Shown here piece after piece: positions 54,265 through 62,850 of a stretch of 64,000 nucleotides of DNA. The position numbers and the translations under genes are program-made. The DNA lies in contig CBDCYI010000005.1 in assembly GCA_965224085.1 (NCBI GenBank), positions 800,001 through 864,000 of the forward strand, written 5' to 3'. The notes beneath the pieces are model-generated. The model saw only the letters and a list, made by a program, of their open reading frames with translations, had not been told where the DNA came from and made no database searches. Numbering within the stretch: position 1 is the stretch's first letter; the number at the start of each line of letters is the position of its first letter. This stretch comes from Candidatus Marinacidobacterales bacterium (lineage in GTDB: Bacteria; Acidobacteriota; Vicinamibacteria; Marinacidobacterales; SMYC01).

Positions 54265-55755
54265 TTAGCGTGTACCCACGATCGCCTCGCCCGGGAACAC
54301 TCCCTCTCGGATTTCGCCGTCGGTGAGCACGTGGACGCCGTTCACAAAAACGTGAGCGATGCCCGCGGACGGGAGGTCGCCTTTTTCGAACGTCGACCGA
54401 TCGAGGATCGTGTCGGGGTCGAAGAGCGTCAAGTCTGCGTCCGCGCCGACTTGCACGCGGCCTTTGGTTTTCATTTGTGTGGTCGTCCCCTGAAGGCGCT
54501 GGGCGGGAAGCAGCGTCATCTTCGAAAGTGCATCCATCAAGCTGAGCGTTTGGCGGTCGCGCGCATAGTGGCCGAGAACGCGTGAGAAAGTGCCGGCGCC
54601 TCGCGGGTGGGCGGGGCCGTAAAGAAACGGGATGCCGTCGCTTGCGACCATGACGTCCGTTTGCGCGACGATCCACGCGTTGGTCTCCTCGTTGCGGCCG
54701 TGGCTGATGAGCCATCCGCCTTCGCTGCGGTAGCGCGCGAAGCTCTCTCGGGTCAACCGCTCGCCCGTCGCCGGCCATTGCAAGCGCGCGAAGCGCTCAT
54801 TGGGCCAGGACTCCCACGCGTCGTAGGACGCGGACTCGATCCGCGTGGAGCCGGCGGTGTACGGATAGGCTTCCGTCGTCACGTCGATCCCGCGTGCCAC
54901 GGCGCCGCGGATGAGATCGAGCACGACAGGGGCCAGCTCGCCCGCGCTCGAGTTCAAGTGCACGAAATGAAGGGTTGCGCCGGTCGACGCCGCGTTCGCC
55001 AAACATTCCTGAAACGCGCCGAGCGTGCCGCCATTCCCTCGCCCGCGGGTGTGAACGTAGATAGGGACGTCTTGCTCTTTCGCGAGCTTGAAGAGATCGA
55101 AGATCTCGGATCTCGACGCGCCCGGGGTGTAGGTGATACCGAGCCCAAAGCCGAGGCCTCCGTCCTCGAGCCCTTGCTTCATGAGCTCGCGGAGCCTTCG
55201 GCGTTCGGACTCGGTCGTGTCCTTCGACTCGAAGTCTTCGTAGTCGAGAAGATCGGTGCGCTCCGGTGAAAGGGTCGCCCAGCTCTCGAGGTCGGCGCCG
55301 TGGAACAACTTGAGACGAGCTCCAAGGTGGCCCACGGTAGCGCCGTAGTGGATGACGGATTGGCCCGCTTGTTTTTTGAGCCAGCTGTCCATCGGAAAAA
55401 TACCGAACTCCATTTCGAGCGCGGTCGTCACGCCGTCCGCGAGCTGCAGTTTGCGAGAGACGGGGTCCTGGCCGTGCGCATGAAGATCGATGAATCCCGG
55501 CGCGACCACGAGACCGGCCGCGTCGATCGTCCGGGCGCCCGTAAGCGGCTCTTCACGGATCGCGACGATCTTGCCGTCGGCGATACCAACGCTTCGGACA
55601 GCGTCGAGACCGGTCTCGGGATCCATGACGCGGCCGCCCGCAAGCACGATCTCGAAGTCCTGAGCATCGATGGACAGGGCGAGCGCGAGTGTCGCCGCGC
55701 AGACGAGCAAGAACCGAAAGCATTTCACGGGTGGCCTCCCGACGTGAGAGTCCAT
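54265..55755 (-). CDS. Secreted amidohydrolase (D-aminoacylase/dihydroorotase-like)
   Basis: PGFIDLHAH, ASDG, HPRGAGTF and KGRVQVGADAD motifs. Confidence 0.85.
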   Translation of the reverse strand: MDSHVGRPPVKCFRFLLVCAATLALALSIDAQDFEIVLAGGRVMDPETGLDAVRSVGIADGKIVAIREEPLTGARTIDAAGLVVAPGFIDLHAHGQDPVSRKLQLADGVTTALEMEFGIFPMDSWLKKQAGQSVIHYGATVGHLGARLKLFHGADLESWATLSPERTDLLDYEDFESKDTTESERRRLRELMKQGLEDGGLGFGLGITYTPGASRSEIFDLFKLAKEQDVPIYVHTRGRGNGGTLGAFQECLANAASTGATLHFVHLNSSAGELAPVVLDLIRGAVARGIDVTTEAYPYTAGSTRIESASYDAWESWPNERFARLQWPATGERLTRESFARYRSEGGWLISHGRNEETNAWIVAQTDVMVASDGIPFLYGPAHPRGAGTFSRVLGHYARDRQTLSLMDALSKMTLLPAQRLQGTTTQMKTKGRVQVGADADLTLFDPDTILDRSTFEKGDLPSAGIAHVFVNGVHVLTDGEIREGVFPGEAIVGTR

Positions 55756-55791
55756 TCGAAATCATACTATCACCGCAGTTCCGTAGACTTT

Positions 55792-56900
55792 CTAGACGGA
55801 AGAGTGGACTCGACGATCGGTAGATTTCTCCGCCCGCTCTATAAAGAGTCGAGGCCACATGAAGCGCGGCAGTCCCATGGCGAATCTCGCGGCTCGGGTA
55901 ACACCATGCGCGACTTGAAAAGGCAGACGGTAGAGCTCGTTGAAAGGCCCTCCGACGCCGACCGTGCCTTCGATCGCGTTCGGCCAGTGCTGACGAAGTT
56001 CTTTCAGAACACCCGCGGGGTGACGTAGGTAGCTTCCTATCGTCCCGCGCTGTTTGAAACCGGCTCCCCACTGACGGACTACGGTGGGAACGAGCCAGGA
56101 AGGAAGCTCCCGGGCGCGCTCTTTCACCGGGGTCCCGAGAAGGCGCGCCCCGAGTAGCTGATGAGCCAGTCCAAGCGTGCAGGCCACATAGTCCGTGCGC
56201 CGCCGGTCCCCGCTCATGAAATACTCCCAGTCGAAGTGCGCGGGTCGAGACTCGAGCGCCGCCCCGACATCACAAAGCCAAAGGGGACGCGCGACACCGT
56301 GGCGCAACAGGTGCAAGCAAAGCAAGCGAAGATGGTCCTCGGGGCCAGCAGGCGCACCTCGACGCCGCCGAGATTCAGCTGCCGCGCGCGGCCGAACACT
56401 TCTTCAAGGCGGCGATCGTCCAACTCGAGAAATCCTCGATGCAGATCGACCGGCCCCGGTATGGCCGCGTTCAAGGCCATCCGCGCCGTCCTGTGCTGCT
56501 CCGGCCGCACGTAGAGGTCGATGTCACCGTAGGGGCGCAGACCCTGCTCCGGGTACAACTGAGCCGCCGCAAAGCCTTTGGCGAGGAGGGGTTCCACTCC
56601 CGCCTCGCGAAGCACGGCGAGTGCTTTTTGAATTTGGGATTCGTGGATCGCTGTCTGAAGGGTGTGGAGGCGGTAGCCTTGTTTGAGCTCGATCGCAGCC
56701 GGGCAGCTCTGAAGTTTGGTGTCACGCACGCGCCACCAGCCCAAGGCCGCGGCCCCTGAGCCAAGAAGCAATGGTGTGATTTCCTTGAGCTCAGCCGGTG
56801 AGAGATCTAGAGGAAGCTGTTTGCGGCGCCACGCGCCATCGAGCACGGCAGCCACGAGCTTGCCGCGTCGCGCCCACTCCGCGGTCTGAGAGCTGTCCAT
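55792..56900 (-). CDS. Nucleotidyltransferase family 5-like protein (apparent frameshift near 56340)
   Basis: LAKG, RPYGDIDL, VDLH, LCLHLLRHG and WLCDV motifs. Confidence 0.8.
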
Positions 56901-56937
56901 CAAAGGTGAACCACAGACCGCTAGCTTTGGCGAGATC

Positions 56938-57453
56938 TCACAAGCAGCCACCAAGTCCGTCGCAGACGCCGGTGATGCAGTCAAACGGAGGACATGAGAG
57001 ACTCGGTGTGCCGGCGTCCTCACCGCCGCAACTGGTAACGCAGGTTGCTGAGGCTTCTGCTGGCGTCGGCGCCACAATCGAAGTGACCAAGGGTAGGAGG
57101 ACCGTGAGTCCCCCTACCAGGCCCAATCTCCGTACCAATTCCCGACGTCCAAAGCGTGCGACCTCCGGCGGTCCGCTTATCCGCTCCTGCAGCAAGCGGG
57201 CCTTGGCTAGCTTGTCGAGCGCCAACCACACCACCGTCTCATCCATCTTGCCAGGCGGTGCCTTCAACTCTTTCTGCAAAAGCGTGGACATTCTTTTGAC
57301 GCTCGTTCGGCCGTCGCAGTGCTTGAAGACGAAGGCAGCGGTCTGATTCAGGCAGTGGGCTCGGTGACGGTCCAAGTCGTAGACCAACGTCTCCTCGGGC
57401 AATTCTTTGATCACCAGCCCATCTTCGCGAACCCGTGGCTTCTTCGATTTCAT
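56938..57453 (-). CDS. PqqD-family RRE fused to a twin-Arg signal-like segment and a 6-Cys peptide
   Basis: ETLVYD..AHCLNQTAAFVFKHCDG; GRRELVRRLG, hydrophobic stretch and PAEA; 37 aa Cys-rich tail. Confidence 0.82.
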   Translation of the reverse strand: MKSKKPRVREDGLVIKELPEETLVYDLDRHRAHCLNQTAAFVFKHCDGRTSVKRMSTLLQKELKAPPGKMDETVVWLALDKLAKARLLQERISGPPEVARFGRRELVRRLGLVGGLTVLLPLVTSIVAPTPAEASATCVTSCGGEDAGTPSLSCPPFDCITGVCDGLGGCL

Positions 57454-57481
57454 CCGTTCGTCTCTTTCTCCGGTCTTTGCT

Positions 57482-58309
57482 TTAGTGACGGCTCACGCAA
57501 CTCGTCAATAGAGATTCGGCCATCTCGCTGGCCTCGCCCCTCACGCCCTTCAGGACCAACGTGTCCGAGACGATCTGCTGCAGCGTGGCGAGCGAGGCCT
57601 CGGGTCTTCGCCGAACGGGCACCGTGTTGGCCATCAGCTCGAGCATGGCCCTGCCAGGGCTCAGTCGGGTGGGGCGCCAGCGCGCCCCGGGCCGGTATTG
57701 GGGCAGCACGACGAGGTCCACGGGAAGGGGTTTCTTGCCTTGAAGGCTACCCAGGGCTTCGGCCGGTAGATTTCTCGCTCGGGTGCCGTTGTTTTCACGC
57801 ATCGAAAGCGGCTTGGGATACGGATGCACGCGCCCTCGATCATCGAACACCGCAAATTCATCGGAATAGTACGTCGCTCCAGCTCGCAACAGCTCCGCCA
57901 CCAAGGTCGTTTTGCCGCTGAAACTGCGCCCTGGGATAACAATGGCCCGTCCGCGCCAACCTACGACGCCCGCGTGCACAAAGACTCTGCGACGCGCCGC
58001 CGAAGCTACGTCGAGCCGTAAGTCGGATTCGAGAACTTCGAGGACCTTGTCGAGATCCATGGTGCGCGCCCGCCTTGCCACTCCCGAGTACAGCAAGTTG
58101 TACCGTCGAACGTGCGGTCGCACGCGGCCGCCAACCCTAAGCGAGTACATCGTGTCGACGACCGGGGTCCGGGAGGCCTTCCACCCAGGTGGAAGGTGCT
58201 CGGGAAGCCGCTCCAAAACCTCCGGCTTGCTGACTCGGATCCCGATGCGCACTTCGTACGAAACGAAGCATGTACCGGCCGCCCACCCGAGGCGGTCTAA
58301 CTTCGCCAT
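57482..58309 (-). CDS. HPr-kinase-related P-loop kinase
   Basis: FVHAGVV, GRSFSGKTT and YYSDE motifs. Confidence 0.82.
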   Translation of the reverse strand: MAKLDRLGWAAGTCFVSYEVRIGIRVSKPEVLERLPEHLPPGWKASRTPVVDTMYSLRVGGRVRPHVRRYNLLYSGVARRARTMDLDKVLEVLESDLRLDVASAARRRVFVHAGVVGWRGRAIVIPGRSFSGKTTLVAELLRAGATYYSDEFAVFDDRGRVHPYPKPLSMRENNGTRARNLPAEALGSLQGKKPLPVDLVVLPQYRPGARWRPTRLSPGRAMLELMANTVPVRRRPEASLATLQQIVSDTLVLKGVRGEASEMAESLLTSCVSRH

Positions 58310-58443
58310 TCACGTGGAGCGTTTCTTGAACCGGGGCATCAAGTTTGGCAGCGTGGGCATATGGGTTCTCTGTTTCCTCCGATGCGCGTATGAGCGTCAT
58401 CAACGCGGGTCCATCGAATGGAGTTCTCTGAACACGTTGGACA

Positions 58444-58571
58444 TGCAAGCTCCGCGCCAATCTTTGGAAGCTGGCGAGCTCAGCCCTAAACAACTCACCA
58501 TCAACAGCTTCGCGGCGTGATCCCGCACGACAAAGGGAAGGAGGTACTAGTGAAGCGGGGATATCCCTACA
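58444..58571 (-). promoter_or_regulatory. sigma54 promoter with upstream TGTAGG box driving the kinase-RRE-NTase operon
   Basis: Minus strand TGGCGC-ggagc-TTGCA (58459-58444); TGTAGGGATATCCCC starts 112 bp upstream. Confidence 0.7.
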
Positions 58572-58674
58572 GCAGCGCGCCAAATTTGGGAACGAACTTC
58601 GTTTCCCGGTTTCTCGGTCCGCCCCGGGCAAGGGAGCGCGGAGCGACCGAGCACATAGTGCTAGAATCCCCTCC

Positions 58675-59895
58675 GTGCGACCGTGGTCTCTACTAGCCTT
58701 GGCTCTAGCGCTGGCCCAGTGTGCGGGCCCACAGGACGACGGGAACGAGTCGGTGCCCATGTTCACTTTCGGAGACGATCTCGAGTTTCTGCGACAGCGT
58801 AACGACGTGATCCTGCTCGCGTCAGGCGACGCGCAAGTCGCCGTCGTCGCCGCGTACCAGGGACGCGTCATGACGAGCACGTCGGGAGGCCTCGGCGGCC
58901 CAAGCTTCGGCTGGCTCAACCGCGAGCACATCGCGGCCGCCAAGCGCGTCCCCCATATCAACGTGTTCGGGGGCGAAGACCGCTTCTGGCTCGGCCCGGA
59001 AGGCGGTCAGTTCTCGATCTTTTTCAAGGAAGGCGATAGCTTCGACCTTGAGCATTGGCAAACGCCCGAGCCTATCGACTGGGGCGCGTGGGAGGTGACC
59101 GAGGAAGGTCCGTCGCATGCGCGCTTCCAAAAAACCATCGAGCTCGTGAACTATTCTGGAACGACGCTGGCGCTCATCGCCGATCGCACTGTTCGCTTGC
59201 TCGACGAAGCCGACCGGCGCCTCGATATCGAGCTCGGCGAGCAAACGATATACGTCGCTTTCGAGTCGGAGAACACGATTACGAATAGCGGCGACCAAGC
59301 ATGGAGCAAAAAGACCGGGCTCGTTTCCATTTGGATTCTCGGCATGTTCAAGCCGTCGCCTTCGACGACGATCGTCATCCCTTTCGTCGAGGGCGCGGAC
59401 GCGACCCATGGTCCCATCGTCAACGACGCCTATTTCGGGAAAGTGCCGGGCGACCGGCTCCGACAAGAGCCCGGGGTGATGTTGTTTCGTGGCGATGGCG
59501 CGTACCGGAGCAAGATCGGCGTGTCCCGCCGTCGCGCGGTCCCCATCGTCGGGAGCTACGACGCCGAAAACGGCGTTCTCACACTCGTACATTACTCGCT
59601 CCTAGAGGCCGCGACGGATTACGTCAACAGCATGTGGGAGATTCAAGACGAGCCCTTTGCGGGGGACGTCGTGAACAGCTACAACGACGGTCCGCCCGAG
59701 CCGGGCGCTAAGCCGCTCGGGCCGTTCTACGAGCTCGAGACCTCGTCCGCTGCCGCAGAGCTCGCACCGGGCGAGAGCCTCACCCACGTGCATCAAACGT
59801 TTCACTTCCAAGGGCCGGTACAAGAGCTCGACGCGATCGCGCAAACGACACTCAACGTCTCGCTCGGGCAAATCACCGCCGCGTTCTCGCCGTGA
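58675..59895 (+). CDS. Secreted DUF6786-like protein
   Basis: Signal/lipobox; QGRVMTS, GGEDRFWLGPEGGQF and FYELETSS motifs. Confidence 0.7.
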   Translation: MRPWSLLALALALAQCAGPQDDGNESVPMFTFGDDLEFLRQRNDVILLASGDAQVAVVAAYQGRVMTSTSGGLGGPSFGWLNREHIAAAKRVPHINVFGGEDRFWLGPEGGQFSIFFKEGDSFDLEHWQTPEPIDWGAWEVTEEGPSHARFQKTIELVNYSGTTLALIADRTVRLLDEADRRLDIELGEQTIYVAFESENTITNSGDQAWSKKTGLVSIWILGMFKPSPSTTIVIPFVEGADATHGPIVNDAYFGKVPGDRLRQEPGVMLFRGDGAYRSKIGVSRRRAVPIVGSYDAENGVLTLVHYSLLEAATDYVNSMWEIQDEPFAGDVVNSYNDGPPEPGAKPLGPFYELETSSAAAELAPGESLTHVHQTFHFQGPVQELDAIAQTTLNVSLGQITAAFSP

Positions 59896-60845
59896 ACCCA
59901 TTCGAGACCGCAGAGATCGGGCACACGAACTTGCTCGTCAGCCGGCTGGGTCTCGGCGGCGCACCGCTCGGCGGTCTGTTCACGAGCGTCGGTGAAACCA
60001 CCGCACAAGACACGGTTCTCGCAGCCTACGACGCGGGGCTGCGCTACTTCGACACAGCACCGTTCTACGGGCACGGTATGTCCGAAACGCGGCTCGGGAG
60101 CGTCCTCTGCCACTACCCTCGCGATGACTTCACCCTCTCGACCAAAGTGGGGCGCGTGCTCGTGCCGCCGGATGCCGGCGGCATAGAGGACCACCAATAT
60201 AAGGATGTGTTGCCCTTGAACCCAGAATTCGACTTCAGCGCGGACGGCATCCGGCGCTCGTTCGAATCGAGCTTGGAGCGGCTCGGCCTCGACCGCATCG
60301 ACATCGCGCTCATCCACGATCCGGACGATCACTACGAGCAAGCGCTTTGTGAAGCCTTCCCCGCCCTCGCCCGCATGCGGGAGGAAGGCATCGTAAGCGC
60401 CGTCGGTGCGGGTATGAATCAGTGGGAGATGCTCTACGACTTCGCGCGCGAGGCGGACTTCGACTGCTTTTCGCTCGCGGGCCGCTACACGCTTCTCGAC
60501 CAGAGTGCGGATGCCAAGCTTCTGCCGGAATGCGAGAATCGCGGCATCTCGATCATTCTCGGCGGTCCGTACAATAGCGGTGTCCTCGCCGGCGGCGAGC
60601 ACTACAATTACGAGACGGCGCCGCCCGCGATTGTCGCAGGGAAAAAGAAGCTCGAAACGCTTTGCGCCGAGCACGACGTACCGTTGAAAGCGGCCGCGCT
60701 TCAGTTCCCGCTGCGACACCCCGCCATCGTTTGTGTCCTCGCGGGGGCGCGCACCGCGTCCGAAGTGCGCGAGAATGTCGAGATGATGGCCCACCCTATC
60801 CCACGCCGTTTCTGGGACGCTTTGACGGAGGAGCTCCATGTCTAG
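59892..60845 (+). CDS. Aldo/keto reductase (L-fucose/D-threo-aldose dehydrogenase-like)
   Basis: FDTAPFYG, STKVGR, IHDPD and AGRYTLL motifs. Confidence 0.88.
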   Translation: MNPFETAEIGHTNLLVSRLGLGGAPLGGLFTSVGETTAQDTVLAAYDAGLRYFDTAPFYGHGMSETRLGSVLCHYPRDDFTLSTKVGRVLVPPDAGGIEDHQYKDVLPLNPEFDFSADGIRRSFESSLERLGLDRIDIALIHDPDDHYEQALCEAFPALARMREEGIVSAVGAGMNQWEMLYDFAREADFDCFSLAGRYTLLDQSADAKLLPECENRGISIILGGPYNSGVLAGGEHYNYETAPPAIVAGKKKLETLCAEHDVPLKAAALQFPLRHPAIVCVLAGARTASEVRENVEMMAHPIPRRFWDALTEELHV

Positions 60846-61761
60846 ATTTTTTGGCTTTTTTTTCTATGCGGGTCTCGTGGCTTGTGCATCCGAGAAGAAG
60901 GAGGAGACGGTCCTGGCCGGCTTCGACACGGGTATGATCGGACGGTGGGATGTTACCGTCCAAGGAGAGGACAGCTACCCGCTCTGGTTCGAGCTGCTGG
61001 ATCACGGAAGCGAGCTTGCCGGGCGTCTTCAACCTCGCGGCGGACATGCGCTCCCCTTCGACGCCGTCCAGGCATCCGGCAGCTCGCTGACCTTGCAAGT
61101 CGGCAAGACGATCTACGTGGGCACTTTCAACGTCAATCGATGGCGCGGTACGGGAACGCGCGACGAGACGACCTTCACGTGGACGGCCGTCCGAGCGCCC
61201 GAGCTCCCCGCTCCGGACAATCCTACGTGGGGTGATCCTACCGAGCTTTTCAACGGAAAGGACTTGACCGGTTGGGTGCCGCAGCTCGGCGACCGTCCGA
61301 ATGAATGGCGAGCGGAAGACGGCGTTCTCTTGAACGAAGAATCGGGCGACAATCTCATGACGGCCGCGAAGTTCATGAACTTCAAGCTCCACATCGAAGT
61401 CAACGTCCCCCCCGAAAGCAATAGCGGGATCTACCTACGGGGACGGCACGAGGTCCAAGTTCAAGACGACCACGGGAAGGAGCCCCACAGCCAGAACATG
61501 GGGGGCATCTATGGACAAGTCACGCCGACGTCCAATGCTGCACTCCCGGCAAATGAGTGGCAGGTCTTCGATATCACGCTCCTCGGCCGTTGGGTTACCG
61601 TCGCGTTGAACGGCGAGACCATCATCGACCATCAGGAGATCCCCGGGATCACGGGCGGTGCTCTCGACGCGAATGAAGGCGAGCCGGGGCCGATCCTCCT
61701 ACAGGGCGATCACGGCCGCGTGCTCTACCGAAACATCGTTCTCACGCCGACAACATCATGA
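60838..61761 (+). CDS. DUF1080 (3-keto-disaccharide hydrolase-like) lipoprotein
   Basis: LFNGKDLTGW, NSGIYLRG..EVQV and LQGDHG motifs. Confidence 0.88.
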   Translation: MSRFFGFFFYAGLVACASEKKEETVLAGFDTGMIGRWDVTVQGEDSYPLWFELLDHGSELAGRLQPRGGHALPFDAVQASGSSLTLQVGKTIYVGTFNVNRWRGTGTRDETTFTWTAVRAPELPAPDNPTWGDPTELFNGKDLTGWVPQLGDRPNEWRAEDGVLLNEESGDNLMTAAKFMNFKLHIEVNVPPESNSGIYLRGRHEVQVQDDHGKEPHSQNMGGIYGQVTPTSNAALPANEWQVFDITLLGRWVTVALNGETIIDHQEIPGITGGALDANEGEPGPILLQGDHGRVLYRNIVLTPTTS

Positions 61762-62759
61762 TTGCTCTCGCTCTGGCCACATCGTTCGTCTTGACGCCCC
61801 AGCCGTCGGGAACGAAGGTGCGGCTCCAAGCGGTAAGCGTTTCAGGCGAAGCTGTTATTTGGGCAAGTGGCCTCGAAGGCACTTTTGTGCGTTCCATCGA
61901 CGGCGGGGCGAGCTGGAGTTCCGGCGTCGTCAACGGCGCGGAAGAGCTCCAATTCCGAGACGTCCACGCGGTCGACGCCGACACCGCCTATTTGATGAGC
62001 GCCGGCCCCGGCGAAGCCTCGCGCATTTACAAAACGGAGGACGGCGGCGCGACTTGGGCAACACAGTTCGTGAACGGCGTGCCGGAAGCGTTTTTCGACG
62101 GCATGGATTTTTGGGATGCTGAGAGCGGGCTCGCCTATAGTGATTCCGTCGGAGGCGAGATGGTCTTGATCCGCACGCGCGACGGCGCAACGTGGGAGCG
62201 GATCGACCCGGCGGGCCTCCCGCACCCGCTCCCCGGAGAAGGCGCCTTCGCCGCAAGTGGCACGTGCGTCACCGTGCTCGGCGAGCAGACGGCCTTCGTC
62301 GCCATGGGCGTCGGCGGGGCGCGCGTTCTAAAGACCACGGATCGTGGCGACAGCTGGGAGGTCATCGAAACCCCGGTGCCGCACGGCAACGAGACATCGG
62401 GGCTGACCTCGATCACGTTCCTCGCGAACGGAAGCGGCGTCGCGGCCGGCGGTGACATTTCGGCGCCCGAGAACTACGCCGACAACGTGGCGATCTCGGA
62501 GGATTTCGGCGATAGCTGGTGGCTCGTGGCGGGCCCGACCTTCCCGGGGCCCGTTTACGGAATCGCCTATGTCCCCGGAGCCCCAACCCTCACGATCGTA
62601 GCTGTCGGCCCCGGTGGCGCCAGCTACTCGACCGACGATGGCGGAAGCTGGGCGTCGATTGCGGACGAAAGCTACTGGAGCCTCGCTTTCACGGACGGGG
62701 GCGTTGGCTTTCTCGTCGGTCCCGACGGGCGCCTGACGCGCATCGATTTCGAGCTCTGA
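61758..62759 (+). CDS. Secreted BNR/Asp-box beta-propeller (Ycf48-like)
   Basis: Repeated S/T-x-DGG-x-W boxes; AFAASGT. Confidence 0.82.
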   Translation: MIALALATSFVLTPQPSGTKVRLQAVSVSGEAVIWASGLEGTFVRSIDGGASWSSGVVNGAEELQFRDVHAVDADTAYLMSAGPGEASRIYKTEDGGATWATQFVNGVPEAFFDGMDFWDAESGLAYSDSVGGEMVLIRTRDGATWERIDPAGLPHPLPGEGAFAASGTCVTVLGEQTAFVAMGVGGARVLKTTDRGDSWEVIETPVPHGNETSGLTSITFLANGSGVAAGGDISAPENYADNVAISEDFGDSWWLVAGPTFPGPVYGIAYVPGAPTLTIVAVGPGGASYSTDDGGSWASIADESYWSLAFTDGGVGFLVGPDGRLTRIDFEL

Positions 62760-62850
62760 TCGAACCCATTGCAATTCCACGAGGGGCCTGCCAAGCTAGC
62801 GCGGTTTAGGATTCCGCGTTGTCCTTTCGAAACTCAGACCAAGAGTCGTC

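Noticed and set aside
55792-58309. Lasso peptide cluster
   Set aside because: No cyclase or B2 peptidase is present, and the precursor ends in an AxA signal-like site with six Cys.
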